Assembly: GCA_046045965.1 (NCBI GenBank)
Contig: JBJOKS010000034.1
Location: forward strand, 1 to 45,425
DNA from: Cyanobacteriota bacterium
GTDB taxonomy: Bacteria; Cyanobacteriota; Cyanobacteriia; Cyanobacteriales; Nostocaceae
Length of the DNA: 45,425 nt
Reading direction: 5' to 3'
Shown here: positions 38,966-45,425 of the stretch, one piece after another
Numbering within the stretch: the stretch's first letter is position 1
Layout of the letters: the number at the start of each line of letters is the position of its first letter
The notes under the pieces: generated by a model
Seen by the model: only the letters and a program-made list of their open reading frames with translations
Databases searched by the model: none
What the model was told of the DNA's origin: nothing
Position numbers and translations under genes: made by a program

Positions 38966-40290
38966 CAAAACACAATTATATTTCTATTGTTATTCGTTTT
39001 TTATATCAATATATAAATTCCTTTCGGCGTTTGTTTGTGATCGGAATTATCATTGTGTTTTGTTTGGTCAGTTTATCAAGTTGTCAAAGTGAATTAGCCA
39101 AAAATAATCAAGTAATTCATTTAACATTGTGGCAAGGAATTAACCCCCCCGTAAATCGGGATGTCTTTAATAAACTGGTAGATAAATTTAATCAGCAACA
39201 TCCAGATATTCAAGTAGATTCCATTTTTACAGGTACAACTGATCAACAATTACCCAAAATATTAACGGCAGTTGTAGGCAATTCTGCCCCAGATATGTTA
39301 GTATTTTATCCACAAATTACAGGTCAATTTGTAGGACTCGACGCAATCAAACCGTTAGATGATTGGCTAGATAAAATACCTCAAAAAAATCAAATCGTTC
39401 CTAGTTTAATAGACGAAGTAACATTAGATAGTAAAACTTGGTCTATTCCCTACACAAACGCTAACATTGGTATTTTTTATCGTCCTGATCTTTTTCAAGC
39501 CGCAGGAATTACAGAACTACCCAAAACCTGGGCAGAATTACGAGCAGTTGCCAAAAAATTAACAATAGATAAAAATGGTGATGGACGACCAGAGCAATAT
39601 GGTATGTTATTACCTTTAGGTAAGCAAGAATGGACTGTTTTAACTTGGTTTCCTTTTTTGTTAAGTGCTGGTGGTGAAATATTAGATCATAATTATCCAA
39701 ACTTAACAAACCCTGGGGCGATCGCCGCTTTAAAATTCTGGCAAAATTTAATTAAAGATGGTTATGCTACCCTTTCTCCACCAGAAAGAGGTTATGAAGA
39801 AGATGCGTTTTTTCAAGGTCGCATCGCCATGCAAATTACCGGACCCTGGACATATATTACAAAATCAAATGTTCCTTATAATGTGATGCCAATACCTGGA
39901 AATGTTAACCAAGCAACTGTAATAGGTAGTGGTAATATTTTTTTAATGAAAACTACCCCAGAAAAAGAACAAGCAGCACTGAAATTTTTTGAATATGTTT
40001 TAAGTGAAGAATTTCAAACAGAATGGGCTATGGGTACTGGTTTTTTACCTGTAAATATTAAATCTGCACAAAGCCCAGCATATCAAGCATATCTCCAATC
40101 CAAACCTTGGTTAAAGGTGTTTATTGATCAGATGTCTGTAGCAGCTGCACGACCTAATATTGCTGGTTATAGTCGCATTTCTGATAGTTTAGGGAGAGCA
40201 ATTGAAGCAACATTATTAGGTAAATCTTCCCCTGAAGCTGCCTTAAAACAAGCTCAGGAACGCTTAGAAGTGATTTTTGGGGAAAAATAG
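38962..40290 (+). CDS. Sugar-type ABC transporter substrate-binding lipoprotein
   Basis: LSSC lipobox, APD, PKTWAEL and AMQITGPW. Confidence 0.9.
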   Translation: MTKHNYISIVIRFLYQYINSFRRLFVIGIIIVFCLVSLSSCQSELAKNNQVIHLTLWQGINPPVNRDVFNKLVDKFNQQHPDIQVDSIFTGTTDQQLPKILTAVVGNSAPDMLVFYPQITGQFVGLDAIKPLDDWLDKIPQKNQIVPSLIDEVTLDSKTWSIPYTNANIGIFYRPDLFQAAGITELPKTWAELRAVAKKLTIDKNGDGRPEQYGMLLPLGKQEWTVLTWFPFLLSAGGEILDHNYPNLTNPGAIAALKFWQNLIKDGYATLSPPERGYEEDAFFQGRIAMQITGPWTYITKSNVPYNVMPIPGNVNQATVIGSGNIFLMKTTPEKEQAALKFFEYVLSEEFQTEWAMGTGFLPVNIKSAQSPAYQAYLQSKPWLKVFIDQMSVAAARPNIAGYSRISDSLGRAIEATLLGKSSPEAALKQAQERLEVIFGEK

Positions 40291-40494
40291 GTGACTGGGG
40301 ACTGGGGACTGGGAAAAATATTAATTCTTCTTCCTGAACTCCTTGAACTCCTGACTCCTAAACTCCTCAATTTTAACGTTTTATGAAGTTAAGTAAAGCA
40401 ATCCTAAGAGCTTTTGATATGTGTTGATAAAGCGTAATCTGAGGATGATAAGCTAAACAGTGAAATATAAAAGTGACTTAGGATGTAGTGTTAA

Positions 40495-41547
40495 ATGGGT
40501 GTTTCCTCAACGGCTCCTCTCCTCCTTCGGGCTGCACGCGGTGAAAAAGTAGATCGTCCCCCTGTATGGATGATGCGACAAGCGGGGCGCTATATGAAAG
40601 CGTATCGGGACTTGCGGGAGAAATATCCTTCTTTTCGGGAACGCTCAGAAATTCCTGAAGTTGCGATCGAAGTTTCCCTGCAACCTTGGAGAGCTTTTCA
40701 ACCCGACGGCGTAATTTTGTTTTCCGATATTGTCACCCCCTTACCTGGTATGGGTATTGACATGGATATTGCGGAAGGGAAGGGACCGATTATTTTTTCG
40801 CCCATTCGCACACAAGCACAAATTGATAACTTGCGTCCCCTAGAACCAGCAACTGCTTTACCGTTTATTAAGACCATTTTGGAGTCTTTACGGCAAGAAG
40901 TCGGCGATAAGTCAACGGTTTTGGGTTTTGTGGGCGCTCCTTGGACTTTGGCGGCCTATGCGGTGGAAGGTAAGGGTTCTAAAACCTATTCCATCATTAA
41001 AAACATGGCTTTCTCCGATCCAAAAATTCTGCATCAGCTATTAACTAAGTTTGCTGAATCTATTGCTGATTATGTGCGCTATCAAATTGATTGTGGCGCT
41101 CAAGTGGTGCAGATGTTTGACTCTTGGGCGGGACAGTTAAGCCCCCAAGATTATGATACCTTTGCTTTGCCTTACCAAAAAATGGTGTTTGATTTGGTGA
41201 AACAGACTCATCCTGACACACCATTAATTTTGTTAGTGACTGGTAGTGCAGGACTTTTAGAAAGAATGGCTACCTCTGGTGCAGATATCCTCACCATTGA
41301 CTGGACTGTGGATATGGCAGATGCACGCAGAAGACTGGGTAAGGACGTGAAAGTACAGGGTAATCTTGATCCGGGTGTGTTGTTTGGTTCTAAGGAATTT
41401 ATCCGCGATCGCATTTTGGACACTGTTCGCAAAGCCGGCGACTGGGGACATATTCTTAATTTGGGACATGGTGTATTACCAGAAACACCAGAGGAAAATG
41501 TCGCTCATTTCTTTGAAACTGCCAAAAATCTCAACGCTTTGGTTTAG
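40495..41547 (+). CDS. hemE: Uroporphyrinogen decarboxylase
   Basis: [24 protein letters not shown] and NLGHG. Confidence 0.99.
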   Translation: MGVSSTAPLLLRAARGEKVDRPPVWMMRQAGRYMKAYRDLREKYPSFRERSEIPEVAIEVSLQPWRAFQPDGVILFSDIVTPLPGMGIDMDIAEGKGPIIFSPIRTQAQIDNLRPLEPATALPFIKTILESLRQEVGDKSTVLGFVGAPWTLAAYAVEGKGSKTYSIIKNMAFSDPKILHQLLTKFAESIADYVRYQIDCGAQVVQMFDSWAGQLSPQDYDTFALPYQKMVFDLVKQTHPDTPLILLVTGSAGLLERMATSGADILTIDWTVDMADARRRLGKDVKVQGNLDPGVLFGSKEFIRDRILDTVRKAGDWGHILNLGHGVLPETPEENVAHFFETAKNLNALV

Positions 41548-41561
41548 TTTCTGGTTTATTG

Positions 41562-41588
41562 GGTGGGTTTTTTGCCCACCTGATTTTT
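41562..41588 (+). terminator. Possible terminator after hemE
   Basis: GGTGGGT-TTTTT-GCCCACC followed by TGATTTTT. Confidence 0.45.
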
Positions 41589-41629
41589 AGGGAACGCAGA
41601 TGAACGCGGATGAACGCAGATGAAGAAAA

Positions 41630-41881
41630 AACGAACCGCAGAGGCGCAGAGGACGCAGAGAAAAATAAATTTCTGTTATTTTTTAGTAGGTTAACGGTAA
41701 TATCCTGTACATCCTTTAATCATGGTTATCCTGATTCTGACTTTTTCGGTTTTGTGTATAAGTTTATGAAGGAACGAACCACAGAGGCACAGAGAACACA
41801 GAGAGAATTTTCTGTTATTTTTTAGTAAGTTAACAGTAATATCCTGTACATCCTTTAATCCTGGATATCCTGATTCTGACT
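41630..41881. repeat. Duplicated ~110-bp composite repeat (AACGAACC-type + inverted CAGGAT-type)
   Basis: Units at 41630-41742 and 41773-41881 share TTTCTGTTATTTTTTAGTA.GTTAAC.GTAATATCCTGTACATCCTTTAATC..GG.TATCCTGATTCTGACT. Confidence 0.9.
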
Positions 41882-41894
41882 GACTATTTTTCTG

Positions 41895-43343
41895 TCATCT
41901 TGATATTTTACAGTCCTCAAGTTTTGATGCGAGAGAAGACATCCGCTCTACACACCTACTCCCCCCACCAACACCTTTCCAATCCCAGTCATCCCAAAAC
42001 CTAGCAGGTAGGTGTCCTTCAGGCGCTTTTATATCAAAAGTAATATCGTTGTAATACTTCCATTTTTCTAACTTTCTCCATCCTAGTCTATCACCAAAGG
42101 CTATCCAAATTTTCTCATCATATTTTCTAGTTCCTCCTAAACTTTGATAAATATTCTTCTGTACAGAAAAACCAAATTTACCATTACTATATTTAAGCCA
42201 TAATCTATCAATATTGTACAGGTCATCACAGGGAAAATTATCAATACTTAGAGCATCTAACCAACCTTCTTTTTCTCGCTTCGCTACCGCTAACATTACT
42301 CGCGCTGTTTCCTCATCAGCTTCTTTACATTTACCTTCTGCTAATAATTTCTCTAATTTTTGATAATGACTGGGTACAGTAACAGATGGTTGAGGACTTG
42401 TTACAAGTTGTAGATATGGTGAAGGTGGTACAGGTAAAATTTGAGAAGGCGATCGCCTTACATTTTGATTTAAAAATTGTAACTCCTGTATCACTTCTTT
42501 TACAGATTGATAACGATGTTTAGGAATAGGACTTGCTAATTTTTCTAAAATCTTCCCTAACTCATCACTTACCACATTCCCATTTAAAAAATCTCTCCAT
42601 ACCCATTCCCCTTCTATTGGACTATATAAATCAAAGGGACTAACTCCCGTTAATAAATGCAAACAAGTTACCCCCAAACTATATAAATCACTAATAAATA
42701 ATGGTTTACCCATTGACTGTTCAGGGGCGCAATATTCAGCAGATCCAATAATTGTTACTGTAGCTGTGCGCTGCTGTGGTTTAACTATTTTTGCTGCTCC
42801 AAAATCTACTAAAAATAACTTTTTATCACTGCTCAGAATTATATTTTCTGGTTTAATATCTCGGTGAATCACCTGTTTACTATGAACAAAATCCAATATT
42901 TGTAAAATTTCTGTTAATAACTTTTTAATTTGCTGTTCAGAAAAAACACCATTATTATCTAACTCAGCTTGTAAAGTTTCACCTTTCACAAATTCCTGTA
43001 TTAAATATTGACGATTATCATAAGTAAAATAAGCCATTAATTCAGGTATTTGAGGATGTTTACCCAACTCCTCTAAACGTTGTGCTTCCTGTGCAAATAA
43101 CTGAGATGCTTTTTCAAAACTATCCGTTCCCTGTGCTTGGGGTAAAAACTGTTTAATTACACAAAAAGGTTTTGATGGTTTATCCTCATCAATAGCTAAA
43201 AAAGTCCTGCCAAAACCACCTTGACCTAAAATTGATAGAGGTAAATATCTTTCCTTTAGCAATAACTTACTACCGCACCTTTGACAAAATTGAAAACCAT
43301 CAGGATTAGAAAAAAGACAGTCAGGATTAAGACATTGACGCAT
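41895..43343 (-). CDS. Ser/Thr protein kinase with N-terminal 4-Cys motif and C-terminal GUN4 domain
   Basis: CLNPDC..FCQRCG, GQGGFG, HRDIKPEN and DFG; KEADEET..IDRLWLKYSNGKFGFSVQK..APEGHLP. Confidence 0.93.
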   Translation of the reverse strand: MRQCLNPDCLFSNPDGFQFCQRCGSKLLLKERYLPLSILGQGGFGRTFLAIDEDKPSKPFCVIKQFLPQAQGTDSFEKASQLFAQEAQRLEELGKHPQIPELMAYFTYDNRQYLIQEFVKGETLQAELDNNGVFSEQQIKKLLTEILQILDFVHSKQVIHRDIKPENIILSSDKKLFLVDFGAAKIVKPQQRTATVTIIGSAEYCAPEQSMGKPLFISDLYSLGVTCLHLLTGVSPFDLYSPIEGEWVWRDFLNGNVVSDELGKILEKLASPIPKHRYQSVKEVIQELQFLNQNVRRSPSQILPVPPSPYLQLVTSPQPSVTVPSHYQKLEKLLAEGKCKEADEETARVMLAVAKREKEGWLDALSIDNFPCDDLYNIDRLWLKYSNGKFGFSVQKNIYQSLGGTRKYDEKIWIAFGDRLGWRKLEKWKYYNDITFDIKAPEGHLPARFWDDWDWKGVGGGSRCVERMSSLASKLEDCKISR

Positions 43344-43420
43344 AGACTCAAAACCAACACATTGTTAAAATTTTACCCTAATTAATCAAACCCCACGCAA
43401 AATCTCTCCAAACCTCTTCC

Positions 43421-43442
43421 CTCTGCGTCTCTGCGGTTCGTT
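43421..43442 (-). repeat. AACGAACC-headed repeat, inverted
   Basis: CTCTGCGTCTCTGCGGTTCGTT. Confidence 0.8.
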
Positions 43443-43535
43443 AAAAAAACATCTAACCTCACCCACCTACAGATCCCCCAGAATCATGCTATAATTATAC
43501 ACCGTTCTCAAACATCCCCAAAAACCCCAACATCA

Positions 43536-44492
43536 ATGACTAAACAACGTATTTTAATCACAGGTGCAAGCGGCTGTATCGGTCATTATATCAGCGAAAC
43601 ATTAATAAAAAACACAGAACACGAACTATATTTATTAGTCAGAAACCCCAACAAACTAAAAATTAACACCACAGAACGCCCAGGAATCACCATTTTACAA
43701 GGTGATATGCAGGAAATTAACAAATTTTCCAACCTCCTAAAAACTATAGATACAGCAGTTTTAACAGCTACTTCTTGGGGTGGAGAAAACATTTTTGATA
43801 TTAATGTCAACAAAACCATAGAATTAATGAACCTGTTAAACCCAGAAAGATGTCAACAGGTAATTTATTTTTCAACTGCAAGTGTTTTAAATCATGAAAA
43901 TCAACCATTAAAAGAAGCAGGAGAAATCGGCACAGATTATATTAGTTCTAAATATGATTGTTTACATAAAATTGATCATTTAGAGATTTTCCCGAAAATT
44001 ACTACTGTATTTCCTACCTTGGTTTTAGGTGGTGATGATACAAAACCCTATTCTCATTTAACATCTGGTATTCCTGAAGTTACCAAATATATTAATATCA
44101 TTCGTTTTTTACAAGCTGATGGTAGTTTTCACTTTATTCATGGTCAAGATATTGCTACCGTTGTACAGTATTTAATTGATTTTCCACCACAAGCAGGAGA
44201 CCCAAGAAGATTTGTTTTAGGTCAATCTGGGTTAACAGTGAATCAAGCAATAGAGGAAGTTTGTGAATATTTGAATAAAAAGATTTACTTCCGCATTCCT
44301 CTATCTTTATCTTTAGCTAATGTAATTATTGTTTTGTTCCGTATTCAAATGGCTGCATGGGATAGATTCTGTATGAATTATCGTCATTTTAGCTATGCTA
44401 ATGCTATTAATCCTAGCAGTTTCAATTTACCTAATTACTGTGCAACTATGAGTGATGTTTTGAAAATTAGCGGTGTGAAAGCTGGGAGATGA
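43536..44492 (+). CDS. NAD-dependent epimerase/dehydratase
   Basis: ITGASGCIG, YISSK and FHFIH. Confidence 0.92.
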   Translation: MTKQRILITGASGCIGHYISETLIKNTEHELYLLVRNPNKLKINTTERPGITILQGDMQEINKFSNLLKTIDTAVLTATSWGGENIFDINVNKTIELMNLLNPERCQQVIYFSTASVLNHENQPLKEAGEIGTDYISSKYDCLHKIDHLEIFPKITTVFPTLVLGGDDTKPYSHLTSGIPEVTKYINIIRFLQADGSFHFIHGQDIATVVQYLIDFPPQAGDPRRFVLGQSGLTVNQAIEEVCEYLNKKIYFRIPLSLSLANVIIVLFRIQMAAWDRFCMNYRHFSYANAINPSSFNLPNYCATMSDVLKISGVKAGR

Positions 44493-44678
44493 ATGTTATA
44501 GAAATAGCCCAGAAGTATGTATCTAAAGTGCAGCAAAGATAGTCATACTGTACGCCACGCTACGCTATCAGCAAGCCCTATTTAGGATATTTAAATATTG
44601 TGTAGTGATGTAACAATAGTTATACACCAAATATAGTGTGTGATAAATTACAACAAAACGTGATCAATTATATTAATC

Positions 44679-45020
44679 ATGGGCTTTTTACTGAGAATTA
44701 TCGGCTTCGGTTTGCTGATATTAGGCATCTACTTTGTTGGACAAAACATCATTTTTACAACCAACGTTTATCCTTACTGGTGGCGGGGAATAGCTGCTGA
44801 TACTTCCGTACTTGCACTGACAATAGGAGTGATGATCTTAATGTTCTTCCCCAGAGGCATGAAAGAGCTAGGCTGGATACCCGTAGTTCTTGGAATTATC
44901 CTTGTATTTATGAGCAGTCGAGCTATTCTCAATCCTATGAGCCTCTGGCAATTTTTTCTATCATTAGTTCTCATGTCAGGAGGCTATAAAATGTTCATCA
45001 CTGGACGTTTACCTGTGTAA
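44679..45020 (+). CDS. Small 4-TM hypothetical membrane protein
   Basis: Hydrophobic 113-aa ORF with a GQNIIFTT..WWRGI motif. Confidence 0.8.
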   Translation: MGFLLRIIGFGLLILGIYFVGQNIIFTTNVYPYWWRGIAADTSVLALTIGVMILMFFPRGMKELGWIPVVLGIILVFMSSRAILNPMSLWQFFLSLVLMSGGYKMFITGRLPV

Positions 45021-45089
45021 AACAATATCCACAAAAAATAAATTACTTCTATCTCATCGTTAGAGTATCTAAATTTTTTTGAACTAACC

Positions 45090-45119
45090 AAAAAACGCCC
45101 CCCGTCAGGAGAGCGTTTC
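45090..45119 (-). terminator. Rho-independent terminator of psbA
   Basis: AAACGCTCTCC-TGAC-GGGGGGCGTTT followed by a T run on the minus strand. Confidence 0.8.
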
Positions 45120-45153
45120 TTATTTAACTAAGCTTATTAAACCCAGTTGAATA

Positions 45154-45425
<272 letters not shown>

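Noticed and set aside
41592..41881. CRISPR array, or the 71-aa ORF 41610-41825
   Set aside because: Only two ~110-bp units built from dispersed repeats, with no unique regular spacers or cas genes; the ORF is repeat-derived.
44600..44630. NtcA site
   Set aside because: The GTA...TAC spacing does not fit GTA-N8-TAC.

Overview
Chromosomal window of a heterocyst-forming cyanobacterium (Nostocales-like), judged from psbA, CP12, frequent HIP1 GCGATCGC sites and STRR heptamer repeats. The backbone is housekeeping: guaA, cbiD, cp12, trmB, lexA, argF, tRNA-Thr(UGU), radC, RNase II, rpsR, rpmG, moeA, aroC, hemE and the 3' end of psbA. Small AT-rich accessory blocks and many small repeats/MITEs interrupt it. 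The most notable points are: (1) a large SdrD-B-repeat surface protein, missed by the ORF track, with Cys-Gln thioester-domain motifs, downstream of a miniature PEP-CTERM gene; (2) a stand-alone TnpB omegaRNA/IS200-IS605 right end with no tnpB, preceded by further RNA structure, between guaA and cbiD; (3) accessory genes (KAP NTPase, kinase-GUN4) tightly bracketed by inward-facing 9-nt-periodic repeats, with an 'empty' version of one bracket elsewhere in the window, suggesting repeat-delimited gene cassettes; (4) several defence/TA-like modules. All family assignments come from reading motifs by eye; no searches were run.
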